A DNA stretch of 64,000 nt from Rebecca billardiae RCC1528. Its lineage: Eukaryota; Protista; Haptophyta. Shown in pieces: positions 46,125 through 59,100 of this stretch (its first letter is position 1; every line of letters begins with the position of its first letter). The notes beneath the pieces were generated by a model. The model was not told the origin of the DNA and ran no database searches. It saw only the letters and a program-made list of their open reading frames with translations. Where the stretch lies: assembly GCA_965240325.2 (NCBI GenBank), contig OZ251236.1:1893249-1957248 (forward strand), read 5' to 3'. The translations under genes were made by a program, and so were the position numbers.

Positions 46125-46160
<36 letters not shown>
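46125..46160 (+). repeat. C36 homopolymer (G36 on the minus strand)
   Basis: Directly visible. The exact length may be affected by sequencing error. Confidence 0.9.
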
Positions 46161-46162
<2 letters not shown>

Positions 46163-47114
46163 GCTACCCGCACGAGGGCGCACGCAACGACCTCGAGCCA
46201 GCCTCTGGCTGCGGCTGCAGCGCCGAGGCCGGTGCGTCCGGAGCCGTGCCGGCTGCGCCGAGCGCGCGATGCCAGGCGCGCCCGCGTCCAGTGCGGCTCG
46301 GCTGGGCTCGTCTGACCTCGGCGAAGCACGCGGCGCCGCGGCCGAGGTCGATGCGTGGCATCCTGCGACTATGCCCGCGCGCGCCCGCACGGGCTGCCCG
46401 TGCCCCAGGCTCGGGCTGTCGCGGCCGTACCGATGCTGGGCCTGGGGCAGCGCGCGCGGCCGTCGCGGGCTGTCCATCGCGCGCCCGCGCGGGCGCGACC
46501 GCAGCGCGTGGGGCGGTGCGAGCCAGCCGGGCGACCGCAGCGCGTGCTGCCCGGAGGCGCGTGGCGGGAGCGCGCCGCGGACGTGGCTGGCGCCGCGCAC
46601 CAGCTCAGCTGCCCCCGCCCCGCGCCCCCATCTTCCACCTCGTCCGGGCCGCCTCCCGTGCGCGCCATCACGGCCGCGAGCGGCCTACGGGCCGAGCTGC
46701 TGCATGCCGCTGGTCGCGCACGCGCCTCACGTCGAAGGCGCGGCCGCCCCGTGCAAGGACGCGTGCACGTGGCGATCGAGACGAGCACACCCCAGCGCGG
46801 TCAGCGCGGGTCGGCAGTGGCGAGCAGCAGAAGAGCAGTCTCTATGTTGGACGGCCGCGCACGCCGCCGGGCCGAGCTCTGCGCGCAGACTTGGCGGCTG
46901 TTCACGCGTTGCTGACGGGCACCGCGCACTGTGCGGCGTCGTGCAAGCGACGGAAACGCGAGTGCATCCCCCCAGTACGCGCGCTCGACCGCTCGGCAGT
47001 GCACCCGCGCGGCCGCGTGCGGCCGGCTGCATTTACATGGCAGCGCGGCCGAGCGAGGGGAGTGGCGGTGCGCTCGCGTCGCCGCGCACTGTCGCGAGGC
47101 AGCGCGTGGGACGT

Positions 47115-50100
47115 TTACGTGGGGCAACGGCCGACGTGGCCGGCCGCAGTGACCCCGGGGCGAGCCGCAACCGCGAGGGCAGGCCCAACTAACGGCGTGG
47201 TGGGCCGCTACGGCGTGCGCGTCGCGGCTGGTTGGAGCCGCGGTTGCGTGTGCCGAGCCAGTCAGTCAGTGGCACACGGCGAGCCGAGCTGGTGCGGTGG
47301 CCCTCAGCGAAGGCCCAAGAGCCGTTACGTGGGGCATCTGCCGTCGTGGCCGGCCGCAGTGACCCCCGGGCGAGCCGCAACCGCGAGGGCACGCCCAACT
47401 AACGGCGTGGTGGGCCGCTACATCGTGCGCGTCGCGGCTGGTTGGAGCCGCGGTTGCGTGTGCCGAGCCAGTCAGTGGCACACGGCGAGCCGAGCTGGTG
47501 CGGTGGCCCTCAGCGACGGCCCAAGAGCCGTTACGTGGGGCATCTGCCGTCGTGGCCGGCCGCAGTGACCCCCGGGCGAGCCGCAACCGCGAGGGCAGGC
47601 CCAACTAACGGCGTGGTGGGCCGCTACGGCGTGCGCTTTGCGGCTGGTTGGAGCCGCGGTTGCGTGTGCCGAGCCAGTCAGTGGCACACGGCGAGCCGAG
47701 CTGGTGCGGTGGCCCTCAGCGAAGGCCCAAGAGCCATTACGTGGGGCATCTGCCGACGTGGCCGGCCGCAGTGACCCCCGGGCGAGCCGCAACCGCGAGG
47801 GCAGGCCCAACTAACGGCGTGGTGGGCCGCTACGGCGTGCGCTTTGCGGCTGGTTGGAGCCGCGGTTGCGTGTGCTGAGCCAGTCAGTGGCACACGGCGA
47901 GCCGAGCTGGTGCGGTCTCCCTTAGCGACGGCCCAAGAGCCATTACGTGGGGCAACGGCCGACGTGGCCGGCCGCAGTGACCCCCGGGCGAGCCGCAACC
48001 GCGAGGGCAGGCCCAACTAACGGCGTGGTGGGCCGCTACATCGTGCGCGTCGCGGCTGGTTGGAGCCGCGGTAGTTGCCGAGCCGGTAGCGCACACGGCG
48101 GGCCGAGCTGGTGCGGTCTCCCTTAGCGACGGCCCAAGACCCATTACGTGGGGCAACGGCCGACGTGGCCGGCCGCAGTGACCCCCGGGCGAGCCGCAAC
48201 CGCGAGGGCAGGCCCAACTAACGGCGTGGTGGGCCGCTACGGCGTGCGCTTTGCGGCTGGTTGGAGCCGCGGTTGCGTGTGCCGAGCCAGTCAGTGGCAC
48301 ACGGCGAGCCGAGCTGGTGCGGTGGCCCTCAGCGAAGGCCCAAGAGCCGTTACGTGGGGCATCTGCCGACGTGGCCGGCCGCAGTGACCCCCGGGCGAGC
48401 CGCAACCGCGAGGGCACGCCCAACTAACGGCGTGGTGGGCCGCTACATCGTGCGCGTCGCGGCTGGTTGGAGCCGCGGTTGCGTGTGCCGAGCCAGTCAG
48501 TGGCACACGGCGAGCCGAGCTGGTGCGGTGGCCCTCAGCGAAGGCCCAAGAGCCGTTACGTGGGGCATCTGCCGTCGTGGCCGGCCGCAGTGACCCCCGG
48601 GCGAGCCGCAACCGCGAGGGCAGGCCCAACTAACGGCGTGGTGGGCCGCTACGGCGTGCGCTTTGCGGCTGGTTGGAGCCGCGGTTGCGTGTGCTGAGCC
48701 AGTCAGTGGCACACGGCGAGCCGAGCTGGTGCGGTCTCCCTTAGCGACGGCCCAAGAGCCATTACGTGGGGCAACGGCCGACGTGGCCGGCCGCAGTGAC
48801 CCCCGGGCGAGCCGCAACCGCGAGGGCAGGCCCAACTAACGGCGTGGTGGGCCGCTACGGCGTGCGCGTCGCGGCTGGTTGGAGCCGCGGTTGCGTGTGC
48901 TGAGCCAGTCAGTGGCACACGGCGAGCCGAGCTGGTGCGGTGGCCCTCAGCGAAGGCCCAAGAGCCGTTACGTGGGGCATCTGCCGTCGTGGCCGGCCGC
49001 AGTGATCCCCGGGCGAGCCGCAACCGCGAGGGCACGCCCAACTAACGGCGTGGTGGCCCGCTACATCGTGCGCGTCGCGGCTGGTTGGAGCCGCGGTTGC
49101 GGGTGCCGAGCCAGTCAGTCAGTGGCACACGGCGAGCCGAGCTGGTGCGGTGGCCCTCAGCGAAGGCCCAAGAGCCGTTACGTGGGGCATCTGCCGTCGT
49201 GGCCGGCCGCAGTGACCCCGGGGCGAGCCGCAACCGCGAGGGCAGGCCCAACTAACGGCGTGGTGGGCCGCTACGGCGTGCGCTTTGCGGCTGGTTGGAG
49301 CCGCGCCCGCGGCCGCCGAGCCGGTAGCGCACACGGCGGGCCGAGCTGGTGCGGTGGCCCTCAGCGACGGCCCAAGAGCCATTACGTGGGGCAACGGCCG
49401 ACGTGGCCGGCCGCAGTGACCCTCGGGCGAGCCGCAACCGCGAGGGCAGGCCCAACTAACGGCGTGGTGGGCCGCTACATCGTGCGCGTCGCGGCTGGTT
49501 GGAGCCGCGGTTGCGTGTGCTGAGCCAGTGAGTGGCACACGGCGAGCCGAGCTGGTGCGGTGGCCCTCAGCGAAGGCCCAAGAGCCGTTACGTGGGGCAT
49601 CTGCCGTCGTGGCCGGCCGCAGTGACCCCCGGGCGAGCCGCAACCGCGAGGGCAGGCCCAACTAACGGCGTGGTGGGCCGCTACGGCGTGCGCTTTGCGG
49701 CTGGTTGGAGCCGCGCCCGCGGCCGCCGAGCCGGTAGCGCACACGGCGGGCCGAGCTGGTGCGGTGGCCCTTAGCGACGGCCCAAGAGCCATTACGTGGG
49801 GCAACTGCCGACGTGGCCGGCCGCAGTGACCCTCGGGCGAGCCGCAACCGCGAGGGCAGGCCCAACTAACGGCGTGGTGGGCCGCTACATCGTGCGCGTC
49901 GCGGCTGGTTGGAGCCGCGGTTGCGTGTGCCGAGCCAGTCAGTCAGTGGCACACGGCGAGCCGAGCTGGTGCGGTGGCCCTCAGCGAAGGCCCAAGAGCC
50001 GTTACGTGGGGCATCTGCCGACGTGGCCGGCCGCAGTGACCCCCGGGCGAGCCGCAACCGCGAGGGCACGCCCAACTAACGGCGTGGTGGCCCGCTACAT

Positions 50101-53100
50101 CGTGCGCGTCGCGGCTGGTTGGAGCCGCGCCCGCTGCCGCCAAGCCGGTAGCGCACACGGCGAGCCGAGCTGGTGCGGTGGCCCTCAGCGAAGGCCCAAG
50201 AGCCGTTACGTGGGGCATCTGCCGTCGTGGCCGGCCGCAGTGACCCCCGGGCGAGCCGCAACCGCGAGGGCAGGCCCAACTAACGGCGTGGTGGGCCGCT
50301 ACATCGTGCGCGTCGCGGCTGGTTGGAGCCGCGGTTGCGGGTGCCGAGCCAGTCAGTCAGTGGCACACGGCGAGCCGAGCTGGTGCGGTGGCCCTCAGCG
50401 AAGGCCCAAGAGCCGTTACGTGGGGCATCTGCCGTCGTGGCCGGCCGCAGTGACCCCCGGGCGAGCCGCAACCGCGAGGGCAGGCCCAACTAACGGCGTG
50501 GTGGGCCGCTACATCGTGCGCGTCGCGGCTGGTTGGAGCCGCGGTTGCGTGTGCCGAGCTGGTGCGGTGGCCCTCAGCGAAGGCCCAAGAGCCGTTACGT
50601 GGGGCATCTGCCGTCGTGGCCGGCCGCAGTGATTCCCGGGCGAGCCGCAACCGCGAGGGCAGGCCCAATTACCGGCGTGGTGGGCCGCTACATCGTGCGC
50701 GTCGCGGCTGGTTGGAGCCGCGGTTGCGTGTGCCGAGCCAGTCAGTGGCACACGGCGAGCCGAGCTGGTGCGGTGGCCCTCAGCGAAGGCCCAAGAGCCG
50801 TTACGTGGGGCATCTGCCGTCGTGGCCGGCCGCAGTGACCCCCGGGCGAGCCGCAACCGCGAGGGCAGGCCCAACTAACTGCGTGGTGGGCCGCTACGGC
50901 GTGCGCTTTGCGGCTGGTTGGAGCCGCGCCCGCGGCCGCCGAGCCGGTAGCGCACACGGCGGGCCGAGCTGGTGCGGTCTCCCTTAGCGACGGCCCAAGA
51001 GCCATTACGTGGGGCATCTGCCGACGTGGCCGGCCGCAGTGACCCCCGGGCGAGCCGCAACCGCGAGGGCAGGCCCAACTAACGGCGTGGTGGGCCGCTA
51101 CGGCGTGCGCTTTGCGGCTGGTTGGAGCCGCGGTTGCGTGTGCCGAGCCAGTCAGTGGCACACGGCGAGCCGAGCTGGTGCGGTGGCCCTCAGCGAAGGC
51201 CCAAGAGCCATTACGTGGGGCATCTGCCGTCGTGGCCGGCCGCAGTGACCCCCGGGCGAGCCGCAACCGCGAGGGCAGGCCCAACTAACGGCGTGGTGGG
51301 CCGCTACATCGTGCGCGTCGCGGCTGGTTGGAGCCGCGGTTGCGTGTGCCGAGCCAGTCAGTGGCACACGGCGAGCCGAGCTGGTGCGGTGGCCCTCAGC
51401 GACGGCCCAAGAGCCGTTACGTGGGGCATCTGCCGTCGTGGCCGGCCGCAGTGACCCCCGGGCGAGCCGCAACCGCGAGGGCAGGCCCAACTAACGGCGT
51501 GGTGGGCCGCTACATCGTGCGCGTCGCGGCTGGTTGGAGCCGCGGTTGCGGGTGCCGAGCCAGTCAGTGGCACACGGCGAGCCGAGCTGGTGCGGTGGCC
51601 CTCAGCGACGGCCCAAGAGCCGTTACGTGGGGCATCTGCCGTCGTGGCCGGCCGCAGTGACCCCCGGGCGAGCCGCAACCGCGAGGGCAGGCCCAACTAA
51701 CGGCGTGGTGGGCCGCTACGGCGTGCGCTTTGCGGCTGGTTGGAGCCGCGGTTGCGTGTGCCGAGCCAGTCAGTGGCACACGGCGAGCCGAGCTGGTGCG
51801 GTGGCCCTCAGCGAAGGCCCAAGAGCCGTTACGTGGGGCATCTGCCGACGTGGCCGGCCGCAGTGACCCCCGGGCGAGCCGCAACCGCGAGGGCACGCCC
51901 AACTAACGGCGTGGTGGCCCGCTACATCGTGCGCGTCGCGGCTGGTTGGAGCCGCGCCCGCGGCCGCCGAGCCGGTAGCGCACACGGCGGGCCGAGCTGG
52001 TGCGGTGGCCCTCAGCGAAGGCCCAAGAGCCGTTACGTGGGGCATCTGCCGTCGTGGCCGGCCGCAGTGACCCCCGGGCGAGCCGCAACCGCGAGGGCAG
52101 GCCCAACTAACGGCGTGGTGGGCCGCTACATCGTGCGCGTCGCGGCTGGTTGGAGCCGCGGTTGCAGGTGCCGAGCCAGTCAGTCAGTGGCACACGGCGA
52201 GCCGAGCTGGTGCGGTGGCCCTCAGCGAAGGCCCAAGAGCCGTTACGTGGGGCATCTGCCGTCGTGGCCGGCCGCAGTGACCCTCGGGCGAGCCGCAACC
52301 GCGAGGGCAGGCCCAACTAACGGCGTGGTGGGCCGCTACATCGTGCGCGTCGCGGCTGGTTGGAGCCGCGGTAGTTGCCGAGCCGGTAGCACACACGGCG
52401 GGCCGAGCTGGTGCGGTCTCCCTTAGCGACGGCCCAAGACCCATTACGGGGGGCAACGGCCGACGTGGCCGGCCGCAGTCACCCCCGGGCGAGCCGCAAC
52501 CGCGAGGGCAGGCCCAACTAACGGCGTGGTGGGCCGCTACATCGTGCGCGTCGCGGCTGGTTGGAACCGCGCCCGCGTGTGCCGAGCCGGTAAATGGCAA
52601 ACGGCGGGCCGAGCTGGTGCGATGGCCCTCAGCGACGGCCCAAGAGCCATTACGTGGGGCATCTGCCGTCGTGGCCGGCCGCAGTGACCCCCGGGCGAGC
52701 CGCAACCGCGTGGGCACGCCCAACTATCGGCGTGGTGGGCCGCTACATCGTGCGCGTCGCGGCTGGTTGGAGCCGCGGTTGCGTGTGCCAGTCAGTCAGT
52801 GGCACACGGCGAGCCGAGCTGGTGCGGTCTCCCTCAGCGACGGCCCAAGACCCATTATGTGGGGCAACGGCCGACGTGGCCGGCCGCAGTGACCCCCGGG
52901 CGAGCCGCAACCGCGAGGGCAGGCCCAACTAACGGCGTGGTGGGCCGCTACATCGTGCGCGTCGCGGCTGGTTGGAGCCGCGGTTGCGGGTGCCGAGCCA
53001 GTCAGTCAGTGGCACACGGCGAGCCGAGCTGGTGCGGTGGCCCTCAGCGAAGGCCCAAGAGCCGTTACGTGGGGCATCTGCCGACGTGGCCGGCCGCAGT

Positions 53101-56100
53101 GACCCCCGGGCGAGCCGCAACCGCGAGGGCACGCCCAACTAACGGCGTGGTGGCCCGCTACATCGTGCGCGTCGCGGCTGGTTGGAGCCGCGGTTGCGGG
53201 TGCCGAGCCAGTCAGTCAGTGGCACACGGCGAGCCGAGCTGGTGCGGTGGCCCTCAGCGAAGGCCCAAGAGCCGTTACGTGGGGCATCTGCCGACGTGGC
53301 CGGCCGCAGTGACCCCCGGGCGAGCCGCAACCGCGAGGGCACGCCCAACTAACGGCGTGGTGGGCCGCTACATCGTGCGCGTCGCGGCTGGTTGGAGCCG
53401 CGGTTGCGTGTGCTGAGCCAGTGAGTGGCACACGGCGAGCCGAGCTGGTGCGGTGGCCCTCAGCGAAGGCCCAAGAGCCGTTACGTGGGGCATCTGCCGA
53501 CGTGGCCGGCCGCAGTGACCCCCGGGCGAGCCGCAACCGCGAGGGCAGGCCCAACTAACGGCGTGGTGGGCCGCTACATCGTGCGCGTCGCGGCTGGTTG
53601 GAGCCGCGGTTGCGGGTGCCGAGCCAGTCAGTCAGTGGCACACGGCGAGCCGAGCTGGTGCGGTGGCCCTCAGCGAAGGCCCAAGAGCCGTTACGTGGGG
53701 CATCTGCCGTCGTGGCCGGCCGCAGTGACCCCCGGGCGAGCCGCAACCGCGAGGGCAGGCCCAACTAACGGCGTGGTGGGCCGCTACATCGTGCGCGTCG
53801 CGGCTGGTTGGAGCCGCGGTTGCGTGTGCCGAGCTGGTGCGGTGGCCCTCAGCGAAGGCCCAAGAGCCGTTACGTGGGGCATCTGCCGTCGTGGCCGGCC
53901 GCAGTGACCCCCGGGCGAGCCGCAACCGCGAGGGCACGCCCAACTAACGGCGTGGTGGGCCGCTACATCGTGCGCGTCGCGGCTGGTTGGAGCCGCGGTT
54001 GCGTGTGCTGAGCCAGTGAGTGGCACACGGCGAGCCGAGCTGGTGCGGTGGCCCTCAGCGAAGGCCCAAGAGCCGTTACGTGGGGCATCTGCCGTCGTGG
54101 CCGGCCGCAGTGACCCCCGGGCGAGCCGCAACCGCGAGGGCAGGCCCAACTAACTGCGTGGTGGGCCGCTACGGCGTGCGCTTTGCGGCTGGTTGGAGCC
54201 GCGCCCGCGGCCGCCGAGCCGGTAGCGCACACGGCGGGCCGAGCTGGTGCGGTCTCCCTTAGCGACGGCCCAAGAGCCATTACGTGGGGCATCTGCCGAC
54301 GTGGCCGGCCGCAGTGACCCCCGGGCGAGCCGCAACCGCGAGGGCAGGCCCAACTAACGGCGTGGTGGGCCGCTACGGCGTGCGCTTTGCGGCTGGTTGG
54401 AGCCGCGGTTGCGTGTGCCGAGCCAGTCAGTGGCACACGGCGAGCCGAGCTGGTGCGGTGGCCCTCAGCGAAGGCCCAAGAGCCATTACGTGGGGCATCT
54501 GCCGTCGTGGCCGGCCGCAGTGACCCCCGGGCGAGCCGCAACCGCGAGGGCACGCCCAACTAACGGCGTGGTGGGCCGCTACATCGTGCGCGTGGCGGCT
54601 GGTTGGAGCCGCGGTTGCGTGTGCCGAGCCAGTCAGTGGCACACGGCGAGCCGAGCTGGTGCGGTGGCCCTCAGCGAAGGCCCAAGAGCCGTTACGTGGG
54701 GCATCTGCCGACGTGGCCGGCCGCAGTGACCCCCGGGCGAGCCGCAACCGCGAGGGCACGCCCAACTAACGGCGTGGTGGCCCGCTACATCGTGCGCGTC
54801 GCGGCTGGTTGGAGCCGCGCCCGCTGCCGCCAAGCCGGTAGCGCACACGGCGAGCCGAGCTGGTGCGGTGGCCCTCAGCGAAGGCCCAAGAGCCGTTACG
54901 TGGGGCATCTGCCGTCGTGGCCGGCCGCAGTGACCCCCGGGCGAGCCGCAACCGCGAGGGCAGGCCCAACTAACGGCGTGGTGGGCCGCTACATCGTGCG
55001 CGTCGCGGCTGGTTGGAGCCGCGGTTGCGGGTGCCGAGCCAGTCAGTCAGTGGCACACGGCGAGCCGAGCTGGTGCGGTGGCCCTCAGCGAAGGCCCAAG
55101 AGCCGTTACGTGGGGCATCTGCCGTCGTGGCCGGCCGCAGGGACCCCCGGGCGAGCCGCAACCGCGAGGGCAGGCCCAACTAACGGCGTGGTGGGCCGCT
55201 ACATCGTGCGCGTCGCGGCTGGTTGGAGCCGCGGTTGCGTGTGCCGAGCTGGTGCGGTGGCCCTCAGCGAAGGCCCAAGAGCCGTTACGTGGGGCATCTG
55301 CCGTCGTGGCCGGCCGCAGTGACCCCCGGGCGAGCCGCAACCGCGAGGGCAGGCCCAATTACCGGCGTGGTGGGCCGCTACATCGTGCGCGTCGCGGCTG
55401 GTTGGAGCCGCGGTTGCGTGTGCCGAGCCAGTCAGTGGCACACGGCGAGCCGAGCTGGTGCGGTGGCCCTCAGCGAAGGCCCAAGAGCCGTTACGTGGGG
55501 CATCTGCCGACGTGGCCGGCCGCAGTGACCCCCGGGCGAGCCGCAACCGCGAGGGCACGCCCAACTAACGGCGTGGTGGGCCGCTACATCGTGCGCGTCG
55601 CGGCTGGTTGGAGCCGCGGTTGCGTGTGCTGAGCCAGTGAGTGGCACACGGCGAGCCGAGCTGGTGCGGTGGCCCTCAGCGAAGGCCCAAGAGCCGTTAC
55701 GTGGGGCATCTGCCGTCGTGGCCGGCCGCAGTGACCCCCGGGCGAGCCGCAACCGCGAGGGCAGGCCCAACTAACGGCGTGGTGGGCCGCTACATCGTGC
55801 GCGTCGCGGCTGGTTGGAGCCGCGGTTGCAGGTGCCGAGCCAGTCAGTCAGTGGCACACGGCGAGCCGAGCTGGTGCGGTGGCCCTCAGCGAAGGCCCAA
55901 GAGCCGTTACGTGGGGCATCTGCCGTCGTGGCCGGCCGCAGTGACCCTCGGGCGAGCCGCAACCGCGAGGGCAGGCCCAACTAACGGCGTGGTGGGCCGC
56001 TACATCGTGCGCGTCGCGGCTGGTTGGAGCCGCGGTAGTTGCCGAGCCGGTAGCACACACGGCGGGCCGAGCTGGTGCGGTCTCCCTTAGCGACGGCCCA

Positions 56101-59100
56101 AGACCCATTACGGGGGGCAACGGCCGACGTGGCCGGCCGCAGTCACCCCCGGGCGAGCCGCAACCGCGAGGGCAGGCCCAACTAACGGCGTGGTGGGCCG
56201 CTACATCGTGCGCGTCGCGGCTGGTTGGAACCGCGCCCGCGTGTGCCGAGCCGGTAAATGGCAAACGGCGGGCCGAGCTGGTGCGATGGCCCTCAGCGAC
56301 GGCCCAAGAGCCATTACGTGGGGCATCTGCCGTCGTGGCCGGCCGCAGTGACCCCCGGGCGAGCCGCAACCGCGAGGGCACGCCCAACTAACGGCGTGGT
56401 GGGCCGCTACATCGTGCGCGTCGCGGCTGGTTGGAGCCGCGGTTGCGTGTGCCGAGCTGGTGCGGTGGCCCTCAGCGAAGGCCCAAGAGCCGTTACGTGG
56501 GGCATCTGCCGTCGTGGCCGGCCGCAGTGACCCCCGGGCGAGCCGCAACCGCGAGGGCACGCCCAACTAACGGCGTGGTGGGCCGCTACATCGTGCGCGT
56601 CGCGGCTGGTTGGAGCCGCGGTTGCGTGTGCTGAGCCAGTGAGTGGCACACGGCGAGCCGAGCTGGTGCGGTGGCCCTCAGCGAAGGCCCAAGAGCCGTT
56701 ACGTGGGGCATCTGCCGTCGTGGCCGGCCGCAGTGACCCCCGGGCGAGCCGCAACCGCGAGGGCAGGCCCAACTAACTGCGTGGTGGGCCGCTACGGCGT
56801 GCGCTTTGCGGCTGGTTGGAGCCGCGCCCGCGGCCGCCGAGCCGGTAGCGCACACGGCGGGCCGAGCTGGTGCGGTCTCCCTTAGCGACGGCCCAAGAGC
56901 CATTACGTGGGGCATCTGCCGACGTGGCCGGCCGCAGTGACCCCCGGGCGAGCCGCAACCGCGAGGGCAGGCCCAACTAACGGCGTGGTGGGCCGCTACG
57001 GCGTGCGCTTTGCGGCTGGTTGGAGCCGCGGTTGCGTGTGCCGAGCCAGTCAGTGGCACACGGCGAGCCGAGCTGGTGCGGTGGCCCTCAGCGAAGGCCC
57101 AAGAGCCATTACGTGGGGCATCTGCCGTCGTGGCCGGCCGCAGTGACCCCCGGGAGAGCCGCAACCGCGAGGGCAGGCCCAACTAACGGCGTGGTGGGCC
57201 GCTACATCGTGCGCGTCGCGGCTGGTTGGAGCCGCGGTTGCGTGTGCCGAGCCAGTCAGTGGCACACGGCGAGCCGAGCTGGTGCGGTGGCCCTCAGCGA
57301 AGGCCCAAGGGCCGTTACGTGGGGCATCTGCCGACGTGGCCGGCCGCAGTGACCCCCGGGCGAGCCGCAACCGCGAGGGCACGCCCAACTAACGGCGTGG
57401 TGGCCCGCTACATCGTGCGCGTCGCGGCTGGTTGGAGCCGCGCCCGCGGCCGCCGAGCCGGTAGCGCACACGGCGGGCCGAGCTGGTGCGGTCTCCCTTA
57501 GCGACGGCCCAAGAGCCATTACGTGGGGCAACGGCCGACGTGGCCGGGCGCAGTGACCCCCGGGCGAGCCGCAACCGCGAGGGCACGCCCAACTAACGGC
57601 GTGGTGGGCCGCTACATCGTGCGCGTCGCGGCTGGTTGGAGCCGCGGTTGCGTGTGCCGAGCCAGTCAGTGGCACACGGCGAGCCGAGCTGGTGCGGTGG
57701 CCCTCAGCGAAGGCCCAAGAGCCGTTACGTGGGGCATCTGCCGACGTGGCCGGCCGCAGTGACCCCCGGGCGAGCCGCAACCGCGAGGGCACGCCCAACT
57801 AACGGCGTGGTGGGCCGCTACATCGTGCGCGTCGCGGCTGGTTGGAGCCGCGGTTGCGTGTGCCGAGCCAGTCAGTGGCACACGGCGAGCCGAGCTGGTG
57901 CGGTGGCCCTCAGCGAAGGCCCAAGAGCCGTTACGTGGGGCATCTGCCGACGTGGCCGGCCGCAGTGACCCCCGGGCGAGCCGCAACCGCGAGGGCAGGC
58001 CCAACTAACGGCGTGGTGGGCCGCTACGGCGTGCGCTTTGCGGCTGGTTGGAGCCGCGGTTGCGTGTGCCGAGCCAGTCAGTGGCACACGGCGAGCCGAG
58101 CTGGTGCGGTGGCCCTCAGCGACGGCCCAAGAGCCGTTACGTGGGGCATCTGCCGTCGTGGCCGGCCGCAGTGACCCCCGGGCGAGCCGCAACCGCGAGG
58201 GCAGGCCCAACTAACGGCGTGGTGGGCCGCTACATCGTGCGCGTCGCGGCTGGTTGGAGCCGCGGTTGCGGGTGCCGAGCCAGTCAGTGGCACACGGCGA
58301 GCCGAGCTGGTGCGGTGGCCCTCAGCGACGGCCCAAGAGCCGTTACGTGGGGCATCTGCCGTCGTGGCCGGCCGCAGTGACCCCCGGGCGAGCCGCAACC
58401 GCGAGGGCAGGCCCAACTAACGGCGTGGTGGGCCGCTACGGCGTGCGCTTTGCGGCTGGTTGGAGCCGCGGTTGCGTGTGCCGAGCCAGTCAGTGGCACA
58501 CGGCGAGCCGAGCTGGTGCGGTGGCCCTCAGCGAAGGCCCAAGAGCCATTACGTGGGGCATCTGCCGACGTGGCCGGCCGCAGTGACCCCCGGGCGAGCC
58601 GCAACCGCGAGGGCAGGCCCAACTAACGGCGTGGTGGGCCGCTACGGCGTGCGCTTTGCGGCTGGTTGGAGCCGCGGTTGCGTGTGCTGAGCCAGTCAGT
58701 GGCACACGGCGAGCCGAGCTGGTGCGGTCTCCCTTAGCGACGGCCCAAGACCCATTACGTGGGGCAACGGCCGACGTGGCCGGCCGCAGTGACCCCCGGG
58801 CGAGCCGCAACCGCGAGGGCAGGCCCAACTAACGGCGTGGTGGGCCGCTACATCGTGCGCGTCGCGGCTGGTTGGAGCCGCGGTAGTTGCCGAGCCGGTA
58901 GCACACACGGCGGGCCGAGCTGGTGCGGTCTCCCTTAGCGACGGCCCAAGACCCATTACGTGGGGCAACGGCCGACGTGGCCGGCCGCAGTGACCCCCGG
59001 GCGAGCCGCAACCGCGAGGGCAGGCCCAACTAACGGCGTGGTGGGCTGCTACATCGTGCGCGTCGCGGCTGGTTGGAGCCGCGGTTGCGTGTGCCGAGCC

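Larger units (their letters stand above)
41760..46740. repeat. Dispersed, diverged subtelomeric duplications
   Basis: The block ~41760-42570 recurs at ~45680-46740 (e.g. GCGTCTGCTGGCGAGCCTTGGCTGCA...GTCGTCTAGCCAAGCAGCC at ~42013 and ~45915). The motif CCCCGCCCCGGCCCCCCATCTT occurs at ~41795, ~43795 and ~45721, with variants at ~42450 and ~46612. Confidence 0.8.

Noticed and set aside
47160-47195. Faint resemblance of GCAACCGCGAGGGCAGG to a small-subunit rRNA helix
   Set aside because: Too short and GC-rich, with no flanking rRNA similarity.
47115-47400. Self-cleaving ribozyme in the satellite monomer
   Set aside because: No hammerhead CUGANGA/GAAA core on either strand. A partial HDV-like P1/P3 pattern on the minus strand lacks the P1.1 GG and a convincing P2. 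An Infernal scan would settle it.
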